The notes: generated by a model not told the origin, from the sequence alone. Numbered from the stretch's first letter, positions 49,300 to 59,642 are shown. The stretch is 64,000 bases of DNA from an uncultured Clostridia bacterium (GCA_944388045.1 CALXHG010000007.1:23440-87439), one strand, 5' to 3'. Translations and numbers: made by a program.

Positions 49300-49837
49300 C
49301 GAGAAATGTCGAAACATGTCAATGAAAAGTTTTAAAATTAAATAAACTATATTGAATTTGCAATTAAATTATGTTACTATAAATACGTACTAAGATTTTT
49401 AGTATGTATTTATTTTTTATTTTCAAAACTTTTGTTTATTAAATATTTTAATTCTTAAATTTTCCATATTATTGATAAAATAATATTATATATTTAATAA
49501 TTTATACTTTTATAATATTTTAAAAATTTATTAAACAGTTTATTTAGCGCGCAATAAACTAATATTTTAAATTATATAAAATTATAAAAATTATAAAAAT
49601 TGATGTTAATTTTATTAAAAAGGAAAAAATTAATTTAATCTTTTATTAAGAAAAAAGTAATATTAATTTGTCACATACTAAAATTCAAAGTAAAAAAATT
49701 TATTTTAAATAATATTTAGTTAAAATAATTATATGTAATTTTTATATGAATTAAATTAATTCAATATGTTAGATTTTGTCGTAAATCTTATTCATTTATA
49801 AATATATTATACGAGAAAGAAAGGAATGAAAAAATAT

Positions 49838-51760
49838 ATGAAAATAAAAGTAGTTAGTGTAATAACTATATTAGTAATAATATTATTAAATACAATATTA
49901 CAAGTACCAGTATTTGCAATACCAATGCAAGAAGCATATATAGAAAATTTAGGAGATTGTGAATATCATTTACAATATTGGAAAGAACCTGATGGAATAT
50001 GGAGTTATATAGTAACAACAGTTGTAGGATATAGAATTAATGGAAATTTACATTATGCATATTGCTTGCAAAGAGAGAAAAAAGGTGTAGGAGGAGAGCA
50101 AGGAAGTTATAGTGTAAATATATCTGATATGTTAAAAGACGAAAAAATTTGGAGAGCCATTATAAATGGATTTCCATATAAAAGACCAAACGAATTGGGT
50201 GTAATTAATGAACAAGATGCATTTGTTGCTACTAAGCAAGCTATATATAGTGTTATATATGGTTGGGATGTTAATACACATTTTAGAGGTGCTGATGAAA
50301 GAGGATGGCAAATTGTTAATGCAATAAAAAATATTGTAGATAAAGCTAGAAATGGAACAGAAAAGCCTAATCAATCTAATGTGTTAACAATAAAACAAGT
50401 TGGAGAATTTAAAAAAGAAAATAATGAATATTATTCTCAAGAATATAGTGTAAGTAGTAGTGTTGATATGGAAAATTATATAATTACAAATTTAGAAAAT
50501 TTTCCAAAAGGAACAATAGTTACAAATAAAAATAATCAATCACAAACAGAATTTTCATCAGGTCAAAATTTTAAAATTCTTATACCAACAAAACAAATTT
50601 TAGAAAATATTGAAGGAACTATAAAAATAAATGGAAAGGTAAAAACATATCCAGTATTTTATGGAGAGAGTTATGACCCAAATCTTCAGGATTATGCATT
50701 AACATATGATGCATATGAAACTATAGGAGCTGAAATAAAAATGAGAGTAAATGCATATAAATCCAAAATAACAGTTATAAAAAAAGATTCTGAAACAAAT
50801 AAACCAATTGAAGGAGTAGAGTTTAATATAAAATATAAAGATGGAACACCAATTGGAACATATAAAACAGATAAAAACGGAATGATAACAGTATCTAGTT
50901 TAAAACAAGGTATAATAATATTAACAGAAACCAAAACAAAACAAGAATATGTTTTAGATAGTACACAAAAAGAAATTGTTATTGAATATGATGCAGAAAA
51001 AACTGTAGAAATAAAAAATGATAGAAAAAAAGGTAATATCATAATAAAAAAAGTAGACAAAGATAATAATGAAATAACATTAAGTAAAGTAGAATTTGAA
51101 TTAATAGATGCAAATGGAAACATTATAAAACATTTAGTTACAGATGAGAATGGAATAGCCAAGGTAGAAAATATTGATATAGGTAAGTACATATTAAAAG
51201 AAACAGTAACACAAAGCGAATATAATATTGAAGTTGGTCAATATGATATTATTGTTGAATGGAACGAAACATTTAATTTAGAAGTAGAAAACGAAAAAAT
51301 TAAAGGTAAAATTAGAATTTTAAAAATTAGTGAAGATGATAATTTAATTAATGGAACTCCAGCAGGAACTCCTATTGAAAATGTTAAATTTATTATTTAT
51401 GATGAAAATGGAGAAATAGTAGATACACTTATTACTAAAGCAGATGGAATTGCAATATCTAAAGATTTAGTAAAGGGAAAATATATTATAAAAGAAGTAG
51501 AAACTGGAGAAGAATATGAATTAAACGAAAAAGACTTTTCTGTAGAAATAAAAAAAGATGGAGAAGTAATAGACTTAGAAATAAGTAATAAATCTAAAAC
51601 ACCTCCACCAGAAGAACCACCTGAAGAAGAAAAGCCACCAGAAGAGCCTCCAGAGGAAGAACCTCCTGTTGAAGAACCACCAGAAGAACAGCCAAAAGAG
51701 AAACCACCTGTAGAAGAACCTCCAGAAGAACCAAAAAAACTACCTGTTACTGGATATTAA
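49838..51760 (+). CDS. surface adhesin: signal peptide, thioester-like domain, 3 SpaA/CnaB-type repeats, Pro/Glu-rich stalk and LPVTG, but no membrane anchor
   Basis: YAYCLQ and ATKQAIYS resemble thioester-domain Cys and Gln motifs. Repeats follow the pattern KKDSETNKPIEGVEF...TDKNG...L..G.Y.L.E. Ends ...KKLPVTGY* with no hydrophobic or charged tail. Start 49838 or 49826. Confidence 0.7.
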   Translation: MKIKVVSVITILVIILLNTILQVPVFAIPMQEAYIENLGDCEYHLQYWKEPDGIWSYIVTTVVGYRINGNLHYAYCLQREKKGVGGEQGSYSVNISDMLKDEKIWRAIINGFPYKRPNELGVINEQDAFVATKQAIYSVIYGWDVNTHFRGADERGWQIVNAIKNIVDKARNGTEKPNQSNVLTIKQVGEFKKENNEYYSQEYSVSSSVDMENYIITNLENFPKGTIVTNKNNQSQTEFSSGQNFKILIPTKQILENIEGTIKINGKVKTYPVFYGESYDPNLQDYALTYDAYETIGAEIKMRVNAYKSKITVIKKDSETNKPIEGVEFNIKYKDGTPIGTYKTDKNGMITVSSLKQGIIILTETKTKQEYVLDSTQKEIVIEYDAEKTVEIKNDRKKGNIIIKKVDKDNNEITLSKVEFELIDANGNIIKHLVTDENGIAKVENIDIGKYILKETVTQSEYNIEVGQYDIIVEWNETFNLEVENEKIKGKIRILKISEDDNLINGTPAGTPIENVKFIIYDENGEIVDTLITKADGIAISKDLVKGKYIIKEVETGEEYELNEKDFSVEIKKDGEVIDLEISNKSKTPPPEEPPEEEKPPEEPPEEEPPVEEPPEEQPKEKPPVEEPPEEPKKLPVTGY

Positions 51761-52472
51761 GAGAACTGTCTAGAGCAAGTTTTATCGTTGTATTTAATCC
51801 TGTTTGACGTTCTTCAGCAGTTGCAATTTCTTTAATATATTTAGAATCAACAACACTCATAATGCATGCTGCTCTTTTATTTAAAATTTTTGCAACATAA
51901 AATAAAGCAAAAGCTTCCATTTCTGCTGAAACAGGATTAAAATCTTTTGGAACTCTTTCAAGAAATTTATTTACATCAGTCATATAAATATCAAAACAAT
52001 CTGTACAAACAGTATTACCTGCATATAATGGAATATTAGTATTTTTTGAAGTTTCCTTAATTATATTGTTCAAATCATTATTGCTAGAAACGATATGGCA
52101 ATTATCGTTATTTAATGTTAAAGCAAAATTTCCCTCACTAAAAACATTTTCTGCAAGAATAACATCAAATAATTTTAATTCAGGTTTATAAGCTCCACAA
52201 GAGCCAATACGAATTATATTTTCAACTTCATAAAATTTATATAATTCATAACAATAAATTCCCATACTTGGCATTCCCATTCCAGAAGCCATAACTGTTA
52301 TTTCTTTATTTTTATATTTACCAGTATAAGCATACATTCCTCTTACAGAATTTACTAATTTATAATTTTGTAAAAAGTTTTCTGCAATATATTTTGCTCT
52401 TAGTGGATCTCCTGGCATTATAACCGTTTTTGCAATATCTCCTAAATTTGCTTCATTGTGTGGTGTAGACAT
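51747..52472 (-). CDS. deoD: purine nucleoside phosphorylase DeoD-type
   Basis: MSTPHNEANLGDIAKTVIMPGDPLRAKYIAENFL and SAEMEAFALF. ATG 52472 follows an AGGAGG RBS. The 3' end overlaps the adhesin 3' end by 14 nt. Confidence 0.9.
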   Translation of the reverse strand: MSTPHNEANLGDIAKTVIMPGDPLRAKYIAENFLQNYKLVNSVRGMYAYTGKYKNKEITVMASGMGMPSMGIYCYELYKFYEVENIIRIGSCGAYKPELKLFDVILAENVFSEGNFALTLNNDNCHIVSSNNDLNNIIKETSKNTNIPLYAGNTVCTDCFDIYMTDVNKFLERVPKDFNPVSAEMEAFALFYVAKILNKRAACIMSVVDSKYIKEIATAEERQTGLNTTIKLALDSSLNIQ

Positions 52473-52560
52473 AAAAATACCTCCTATATATTTTAATTTC
52501 ACTATTATAATAAATAGTAGAAACTAAGTAAAAACATCACTTAATTTCTACTACATAGCC

Positions 52561-52734
52561 TTATTCAACAATCATTTCTAATTTTATGATATGTCGTCTG
52601 CTCTGGTAATAAAAATCACAATACTTTTTTAGTTCACGTTCTGCAATTTCCTTCGTTTTGCAGTATGCTTTTATTTCGCCACTTTTTTCATCATTGTGGA
52701 TTAATACAGCATAAAAAGTTTTAGTTTTTGCCAT
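52561..52734 (-). CDS. small hypothetical protein (57 aa)
   Basis: ATG 52734 follows an AAGGAGG RBS. MAKTKTFYAVLIHNDEKSGEIKAYCK... has no known motif. Confidence 0.35.
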   Translation of the reverse strand: MAKTKTFYAVLIHNDEKSGEIKAYCKTKEIAERELKKYCDFYYQSRRHIIKLEMIVE

Positions 52735-52976
52735 AGAGAACAACCTCCTTCAAGTATTTTTGGGATAGTATATCATATATTTTAGATTATGTCAAAATGT
52801 AGATAATCCATTTTTTTTAATAAATTACAAAAAAGATTAAAATGTGAATTGAATAAATAAACACAAAAAAGAGTTGAATAAAAAAGTAAATTCCAGTCAG
52901 ATTTTGTCTTCATACTGGAATTTATTATTTTAATTAAGGTATTTTAAAATAACTATCTCGAATGTAAAAAAAATTA

Positions 52977-53005
52977 TTTACATTTTACATATAAAGTGGT
53001 ATAAT
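52977..53005 (+). promoter_or_regulatory. strong sigma-A-type promoter with extended -10
   Basis: TTTACA (52977-52982), 17 nt, TATAAT (53000-53005), preceded by TGg. Confidence 0.5.
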
Positions 53006-53051
53006 GCAAGTACGTTACTTAAACTTTGGTCAAGTAATAAGGAGGCAAAAC

Positions 53052-53399
53052 ATGGTTAAAGAAAGAATTCGGTTAGTTCTCAATCCCGTGAGTAAAACTC
53101 ACAATTTCATCAGTGTGATTATTCCTATTTCTTATGATAGGAATGATACTATGCTGGAAGCTGAAATTGATAAGGCGCTGAAAAGGCGGAAGACCCTCCC
53201 TGAAATTCGCTCCTTTGATATGGAAAATCGTTTTATCAGGCATTTGAAAGAGATTGTTCCCATCGATGAGATGCACAGGGGAGAATCCAACCAGGTTGGA
53301 ACTTATGTTTCTTTGCACATTCTTCGGAACGAGATTAACAAGGGAATTCGTCTGACTGAACTCAGGGAGCTCGTGGAAGACTACAATTATTTCACCTAA
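53052..53399 (+). CDS. hypothetical protein, GC-richer orphan (115 aa)
   Basis: AAGGAGG RBS. Hand counts of three 60-nt samples gave 32-47% GC. Contains three CGG codons. No recognisable domain. The antisense ORF 53073..53465 is considered spurious. Confidence 0.45.
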   Translation: MVKERIRLVLNPVSKTHNFISVIIPISYDRNDTMLEAEIDKALKRRKTLPEIRSFDMENRFIRHLKEIVPIDEMHRGESNQVGTYVSLHILRNEINKGIRLTELRELVEDYNYFT

Positions 53400-53409
53400 T
53401 GTTCTCCGT

Positions 53410-53436
53410 AGCCCTCTGCAGAAATTGCAGGGGGCT
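53410..53436 (+). terminator. GC-rich terminator hairpin
   Basis: AGCCCTCTGCA-gaaat-TGCAGGGGGCT, then a T-rich tract. Confidence 0.6.
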
Positions 53437-53538
53437 TCTTTATATATTTTATATGTATATAACAATTCAAAACCCGCGTTATTGTTTGTGCATCTAATTT
53501 AAAGTTAGTAAATTTTTTTATTAAATTACAAAAAAATA

Positions 53539-53567
53539 TTGAAAAAAATTCCAAAATATAATATAAT
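53539..53567 (+). promoter_or_regulatory. sigma-A-type promoter for the valS leader
   Basis: TTGAAA (53539-53544), 17 nt, TATAAT (53562-53567). Confidence 0.45.
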
Positions 53568-53574
53568 AACAACA

Positions 53575-53892
53575 TATTAAAAAACAAGAAAAAAGAGGAG
53601 TACATCTATACTTGTTTTACAGAGAAAGAAGTTATAAGCTGAAAGCTTCTAAATAAAGGTAGATGGAAGGTAGCTTTTTTTGTTGATATTCCGAAAAATA
53701 AATTAAAAAATTTATAATAATTAAATTTGTAATAATTTAAAATAATTTTTTAATTTAAAAATAATAATTTAAAGTAAGAATATCCGTGTGGTTACGTTAT
53801 AAACTTAGAAAGAGAAATTATTAGAAATAATAATAATTAAGGTGGTACCGTGAGATATAAAAACTCGCCCTTTTGTTTAAGGGCGAGTTTTT
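53575..53892 (+). promoter_or_regulatory. T-box riboswitch leader (valine, by context)
   Basis: AGAGA stem-I motif. T-box sequence AATTAAGGTGGTACCGTGAG (53835-53854). Terminator AAAAACTCGCCC-ttttgtttaa-GGGCGAGTTTTT (53859-53892). Confidence 0.75.
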
Positions 53893-53994
53893 GCCTTTGT
53901 ATAAGAAAAAATTAAAAGACAGAGCAGATTTAGTAAGGCTTTTCTTAAAAATCAAATTATAAAAAAATTAAAGAAAAGAAAGGAATGAAAACAT

Positions 53995-56667
53995 ATGAGT
54001 AATCATAAATTAATGGATAAATACAATCCAAAAGAATTTGAAGAAAAATTATATAATGAATGGGAGGAAAAAGGATATTTTAAGCCATCAATGGATAAAA
54101 CAAAAGAAAGTTTTTGTATAGTAATGCCACCACCAAATGTAACAGGAAAACTACATATGGGACATGCCTTAGATGGAACAATACAAGACATTTTAATTCG
54201 TTTTAAAAGAATGTGTGGATATAATACATTATGGGTTCCAGGAACAGACCATTCTGCAATTGCAACAGAAGTTAAAGTTGTAGAAAAAATGAAAAAAGAA
54301 GAAGGGCTTACTAAAGCAGATGTAACAAGAGAACAATTTTTAGAAAGAGCATGGGCATGGACAAAAGAATATGGTGGAACAATTCAAAAACAACAACGTA
54401 GACTTGGTTGTTCATGTGATTGGACACGTTCTAGATTTACAATGGATGATGGATTATCAGAAGCTGTTTTAGAACAATTTGTAAATTTATATAAAAAAGG
54501 ATTGATTTATAAAGGAACAAAAATGATAAACTGGTGTCCATCTTGTCATACATCACTTTCTGATGCAGAAGTAGAATTTGAAGAAGAAGCTTCACATTTA
54601 TGGCATATAAAATACCAAATTAAAGGAACAGATAGATATGTAATAGTTGCAACAACAAGACCAGAAACAATGCTTGGAGACACAGCAGTTGCAGTACATC
54701 CAGATGATGAAAGATATAAAGACATTATTGGAAAAACATGTATATTACCAATAATGAATAAAGAAATTCCAATAATAGCTGATGAATTTGTAGAAAAAGA
54801 ATTTGGAACAGGTTGTGTAAAAATTACACCAGCACATGATATGAATGACTATCAAGCAGGATTAAGACATAATTTAGAAATAGTAGAAGTATTTGACGAT
54901 TCATCTATAATGGGAGATTTAGTTCCAGAATATAAAGGATTAACAACACTTGAAGCACGCAAATTAATTGTAAAGAAATTAGAAGAAATTGGAGCATTAG
55001 TAAAAACAGAAGATTATACACACAATGTAGGAAAATGTTATAGATGCCATAATACAGTTGAACCAAGAATTTCTGAGCAATGGTTTGTAAAAATGAAAGA
55101 ACTTGCGGAACCAGCAATTAAAGCTGTAAAAGAAGATGACGTAAAATTTGTACCAAAGAGATATGAAAAAACATATTTTAATTGGATGGAAAACATACAA
55201 GACTGGTGTATTTCACGTCAATTATGGTGGGGACATAGAATTCCAGCATATTATTGTGAAGAATGTGGACATATTAATGTAGCAAAAACTGCTCCAGATA
55301 AATGCGAAAAATGTGGTTCTACTAAATTACATCAAGATGAAGATTCTTTAGATACATGGTTTAGTTCAGCATTATGGCCATTTTCAACACTTGGCTGGCC
55401 AAATAAAAATTCAGAAGATTTAAAAACATTTTATCCTACAAATGTATTAGTAACAGGATATGATATAATATTTTTCTGGGTTGCAAGAATGATATTTTCT
55501 GGATTAGAAGTAATGAAAGAAAAGCCATTTAGTGATGTATTAATACATGGAATTGTAAGAGATAGCCAAGGCAGAAAAATGTCAAAATCTTTAGGTAATG
55601 GTATTGACCCATTAGATGTAATTGAAAAATATAGTACAGATGCATTAAGATTTTCTTTAATCCTTGGAATCTCACCAGGAAATGACATAAAATACATGCC
55701 AGAAAAATTAGAACAAGCTTCAAATTTTGCAAATAAATTATGGAATGCAGCAAAATTTGTTACAATGAATTTAGTACCTGATGAAAATATATTAGATTTT
55801 GAAAATAAGATTACAGATAAAAACGGAAAATATAATAATGAATTTTTAAAAATTGAAGATAAATGGATTTTAAATAAATTAGACGAATTAATAAAAACTG
55901 TAACTCAAAATATAAATGATTATGACTTAGGTATTGCTTTAGATAACATATATAACTTTATATGGAATGAATTTTGTGATTGGTATATTGAAATTGCAAA
56001 ATCTAGATTATATAGTGATAACATAGAAGAAAAAACACAAGTATGTTTTGTTTTAAATGAAGTTTTAAAAGATAGTTTAAAATTATTACATCCATTTATG
56101 CCATTTGTTACATCAGAAATATATTCAAAATTGGTAAAATCAGATGAAAAAGCTTTAATGGTATCTGAATGGCCTAAATTAATTAATAGAGTAAATTATG
56201 ATAAAAATAATGATTTTATAGAAAATGTTAAAGATGTTATTATTCAAATTAGAAATGTAAGAGCTAACAGAAATGTACATCCAACAAAGAAAACAAAATT
56301 AATATTTGTAACAAATAAATATAAAAACGAGATTGAGGAATCAAAATCATTTATTGAAAAATTAGGTTTTGCAAATGATGTAATTATTCAATCTAATAAA
56401 AATAATATTTCACAAAATGCTATTTCGATTATTTCAAATGAAATGGAAGTATATATTCCTTTTGAGGAATTAGTTGATGTAGAAGAGGAAAGAAAAAGAT
56501 TAGAAGAAGAAAAGAAAAAAGTTTTATCAGAAATTGACAGAGCAAGTAAAATGTTAGCAAATCCAGGCTTTGTAAATAAAGCTCCAGAGACAAAAATTAA
56601 TGAAGAAAAAGCAAAACTTGCTAAATATCAAGAAATGCTAAAAAGTATTGAAGAGAGATTGAAATAA
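53995..56667 (+). CDS. valS: valine--tRNA ligase
   Basis: PPPNVTGKLHMGHAL (HIGH), KMSKSLGN (KMSKS), a CP1 editing region and a C-terminal coiled coil. Confidence 0.97.
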   Translation: MSNHKLMDKYNPKEFEEKLYNEWEEKGYFKPSMDKTKESFCIVMPPPNVTGKLHMGHALDGTIQDILIRFKRMCGYNTLWVPGTDHSAIATEVKVVEKMKKEEGLTKADVTREQFLERAWAWTKEYGGTIQKQQRRLGCSCDWTRSRFTMDDGLSEAVLEQFVNLYKKGLIYKGTKMINWCPSCHTSLSDAEVEFEEEASHLWHIKYQIKGTDRYVIVATTRPETMLGDTAVAVHPDDERYKDIIGKTCILPIMNKEIPIIADEFVEKEFGTGCVKITPAHDMNDYQAGLRHNLEIVEVFDDSSIMGDLVPEYKGLTTLEARKLIVKKLEEIGALVKTEDYTHNVGKCYRCHNTVEPRISEQWFVKMKELAEPAIKAVKEDDVKFVPKRYEKTYFNWMENIQDWCISRQLWWGHRIPAYYCEECGHINVAKTAPDKCEKCGSTKLHQDEDSLDTWFSSALWPFSTLGWPNKNSEDLKTFYPTNVLVTGYDIIFFWVARMIFSGLEVMKEKPFSDVLIHGIVRDSQGRKMSKSLGNGIDPLDVIEKYSTDALRFSLILGISPGNDIKYMPEKLEQASNFANKLWNAAKFVTMNLVPDENILDFENKITDKNGKYNNEFLKIEDKWILNKLDELIKTVTQNINDYDLGIALDNIYNFIWNEFCDWYIEIAKSRLYSDNIEEKTQVCFVLNEVLKDSLKLLHPFMPFVTSEIYSKLVKSDEKALMVSEWPKLINRVNYDKNNDFIENVKDVIIQIRNVRANRNVHPTKKTKLIFVTNKYKNEIEESKSFIEKLGFANDVIIQSNKNNISQNAISIISNEMEVYIPFEELVDVEEERKRLEEEKKKVLSEIDRASKMLANPGFVNKAPETKINEEKAKLAKYQEMLKSIEERLK

Positions 56668-56708
56668 TTATGTATAAAATCACAAAAGTCGTTTGAAAAA
56701 TGTGAAAA

Positions 56709-56740
56709 ATATCACAAAAGTCGTTTGACTTTTGTGATAT
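56709..56740 (+). terminator. intrinsic terminator after valS
   Basis: ATATCACAAAAGTC-gttt-GACTTTTGTGATAT followed by T7. The 5' arm is duplicated at 56677-56696. Confidence 0.7.
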
Positions 56741-56773
56741 TTTTTTGTATAATATATAAAGAGGTGATAGAAA

Positions 56774-58079
56774 ATGTATAGATATAAGATTGAAGATTTA
56801 AAGCAATGGAAAAATTCTAAAGACAGAAAACCTTTAATAATAAGGGGAGCAAGACAAGTTGGTAAAACTTGGCTTATGAAAGAGTTTGGAAAAAAATATT
56901 ATGAAAAATGTGCATATATAAATTTTGATGATAATATTAGAATGGAACAATTATTTTCTGATGATTTCAATATCGAAAGAATTATACAAGGACTAAAAAT
57001 AGAATCTGGAGTAAATATTGAACCAGAAAATACATTAATTATTTTTGATGAAGTACAAGAAGTACCAAAAGCTTTAACTGCATTAAAATATTTTTATGAA
57101 AAAGCTAATAAATATCAAATAATTGCAGCAGGTTCTTTACTTGGAGTTGCAATGCATGAGGGAACCTCTTTCCCTGTTGGAAAAGTAGATTTTCTAGATT
57201 TATATCCATTAAATTTTTACGAATTTTTGGAAGCATTAGGTGAACGGAGAATTAGTAAAGCTTGTTAAGAGCAATGATATAGATATGATTACTGTATTTG
57301 CAGATAAATTAAAATCATATTTAAAACAATATTTTTATATAGGTGGAATGCCAGAAGTTATTGCTGCATATATACAGAATAAGGATTTTAATGAAGTAAG
57401 AAGAAAGCAAAAATTATTATTAGAAGCTTATGAGCAAGACTTTTCAAAACATGCTCCCAATAATGTTGTACCTAGAATAAGACAATTATGGAATAATATA
57501 CCAACACAGCTTGCTAAAGAAAACAAAAAGTTCATATATGGTTTAGTCAAAGAAGGTGCAAGAGCAAGAGAATATGAATTAGCATTATCATGGTTAATAG
57601 ACTGTGGTTTAGTTTACCAAGTAAACAGAGTAAATGATTGCAAAATTCCTCTATCTGCATATCAAGATTTCAATGCATTCAAATTATATTTATTAGATGT
57701 TGGTTTATTATGTGCAATGGCAGATGTAGATGCAACAACTATTATTGAGGGTAATGAAATTTTTGTGGAATTTAAAGGGGCTTTAACTGAACAATATGTT
57801 TTAACAGAATTAAAAACTAACACAACTGAAAATGTTTATTATTGGTCATCAGATAGAGGCTCTTCAGAAGTTGATTATATAATTCAATTTGGAAGGAATA
57901 ACATTCCAATAGAAGTAAAAGCAAATGAAAATTTGCAAGCTAAAAGCTTAAAAACATTTGTGCAAAAATATAATACGAAAATAAATGTAAGAACATCAAT
58001 GGCAAATTATAGAAAAGAAGATTGGCTAATTAACATACCTTTATATTTGATTGGAAATATAAGAGAAATATTGAAATAA
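56774..58079 (+). pseudogene. AAA ATPase with DUF4143 domain, +1 frameshift at CGG_A
   Basis: P-loop GARQVGKTW and IIFDEVQ lie in ORF 56774..57268. DUF4143-type GGMPEV...DFSKHAP...KENKKFIYG lies in ORF 57240..58079. Frames join if the C of CGG (57245-57247) is skipped: ...EALGE-GELVKLVK... Confidence 0.8.
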
Positions 58080-58110
58080 AAGATTATTATCAGGCAGATC
58101 ATACTTAGAT

Positions 58111-58242
58111 ATGAAAGAAAATCCATATTTTGAAATAGAAGAAAGTGCTAAATATGGAGACCAATTAATTACACTTTGTACGTGCGATTATTGGGCAAAA
58201 GATGCAAGATTGCTTATAGTTGCAAAAGAGATCACAAAATAA
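58111..58242 (+). pseudogene. sortase C-terminal remnant
   Basis: A 43-codon ORF ending ...GDQLITLCTCDYWAKDARLLIVAKEITK* resembles the sortase catalytic TLxTC strand and following Arg strand. The N-terminal ~150 aa are absent. Confidence 0.5.
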
Positions 58243-58286
58243 ATATTCCCTGGAAATGACATTGTCATTTCCAGGGAAATTTTACT

Positions 58287-58313
58287 GAATAGGAAAAAGC
58301 GATTTTTCCTATC
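58287..58313. repeat. Family C repeat, partial copy C3
   Basis: GAATAGGAAAAAGCGATTTTTCCTAT. Confidence 0.4.
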
Positions 58314-58471
58314 CTATAACAAATTAAAGAAAATCAAAGATTTTCTTATTTGTTATAGATTCAAATTCGAAGTACAAAGTTACAATAAAATTTAGTTCTA
58401 AAAAATAGAAAAATCGCATATTATAATTTAGTATAAAGAAATTAATTAAAGTGAAAGGAAGTAATTAAATT

Positions 58472-58774
58472 ATGATAGAAGAAAGAAAAAATGTTAATGT
58501 AAATACAAATGTTGTACAAAATATAATTTTAGAAAATAGAGAAAAATTAAGTGTATCTGGAGTAAATGATGTGCTTAGTTTTGATGACCAAGTTGTAATG
58601 ATAGATACAGAACTAGGTTTACTTACAGTTAAAGGAGAGAATATTAAAATAAACAAATTAAGTTTAGATACATCAGAAGTTGTTGTTGAAGGTGAAATAT
58701 CAAGTTTAAATTATAGTCAAAAAAGTCAAGAAAAAAATAGTGGAAGTTCAATATTAAGTAAAATTTTTAAATAA
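58472..58774 (+). CDS. yabP: sporulation protein YabP
   Basis: ILENREKLSVSGVNDVLSFDDQVVMIDTELGLLTVKGENIKI is the typical YabP pattern. Followed by yabQ-divIC, as in Bacillus. Confidence 0.85.
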   Translation: MIEERKNVNVNTNVVQNIILENREKLSVSGVNDVLSFDDQVVMIDTELGLLTVKGENIKINKLSLDTSEVVVEGEISSLNYSQKSQEKNSGSSILSKIFK

Positions 58775-58803
58775 AATTAATATTAATATGAGAAAGGTAA
58801 AAA

Positions 58804-59292
58804 ATGGTAGAAAATCAAGCACTTATATTTATTGTTTTTACATTTACAGGAATTCTATTAGGAATATTATTTGACTTTTTTAGAGTTTTTAGAAGAACAT
58901 TTAACACAATTGATATTATTACATATTTAGAAGATATATTATACTGGATTTTAGCAGGAATAATTGTTTTGTATAACATATGGTTTTTTAATAATGGAGA
59001 AATTAGATTCTTTATGATTATAGGAATTGTAATGGGAGCGATTATCTATTCTTTGCTATTTAGTCCTATTTTAATAAAGATAGAAACAATGATTTTAACT
59101 AAATTAAAATATATTATAATGTTTTTTTATAAAATAATTATAATTCCTATAGAAAAAATAATAAATTTTTTTGCTTTTTACACTAGTAAAATTAATATTA
59201 TAGCAAAAAAACAAAATAATAAATTATCAAAAATAAGTATTTTAAAGAAAATTAAAAATAAAAAGGGGAATTTTAGAAAAAATGTAGAATAA
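58804..59292 (+). CDS. yabQ: spore cortex biosynthesis protein YabQ
   Basis: Polytopic membrane protein with GILLGILFDFFRVFRR. Synteny with yabP and divIC. Confidence 0.75.
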   Translation: MVENQALIFIVFTFTGILLGILFDFFRVFRRTFNTIDIITYLEDILYWILAGIIVLYNIWFFNNGEIRFFMIIGIVMGAIIYSLLFSPILIKIETMILTKLKYIIMFFYKIIIIPIEKIINFFAFYTSKINIIAKKQNNKLSKISILKKIKNKKGNFRKNVE

Positions 59293-59326
59293 TATATTAT
59301 ATGAGTTTTTTGTTTGGAGAGTACAT

Positions 59327-59611
59327 ATGAAAATTAAAGTAAAATTATTAGTTCCCATATTCATTATAATATTAATTATATGGGTAGTTGTTTTAATAAA
59401 ACAGCAAATAAATATTGCACAATATCAAAAAGAAATAGACGATTTAACTTCAAAAATAAATGTAGCACAAGAAGAATTAAACCAAAATAAACAAAATTTA
59501 GAAGAAGAAATTAATAAATCAAATTCATTAGAATATATAGAAAAAGTTGCACGTGAAAAACTAGGAATGTATTTACAAAATGAAAGAGTTTATGTCGATA
59601 GTAATTACTAA
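59327..59611 (+). CDS. divIC: septum formation initiator (DivIC/FtsB family)
   Basis: N-terminal TM, a coiled coil, then EKVAREKLGMYLQNERVY. Confidence 0.75.
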   Translation: MKIKVKLLVPIFIIILIIWVVVLIKQQINIAQYQKEIDDLTSKINVAQEELNQNKQNLEEEINKSNSLEYIEKVAREKLGMYLQNERVYVDSNY

Positions 59612-59642
59612 AAATCCCTAAAGTTTAAACGTTTAGGGATTT
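59612..59642 (+). terminator. intrinsic terminator after divIC
   Basis: AAATCCCTAAA-(9 nt)-TTTAGGGATTT followed by a T-rich tract. Confidence 0.65.

Noticed and set aside
51747-52472. Purine nucleoside phosphorylase as a defence effector (Detocs-like).
   Set aside because: This is a stand-alone DeoD-type enzyme of normal length, with no receiver domain and no adjacent kinase or buffer genes. It is ordinary nucleoside salvage.
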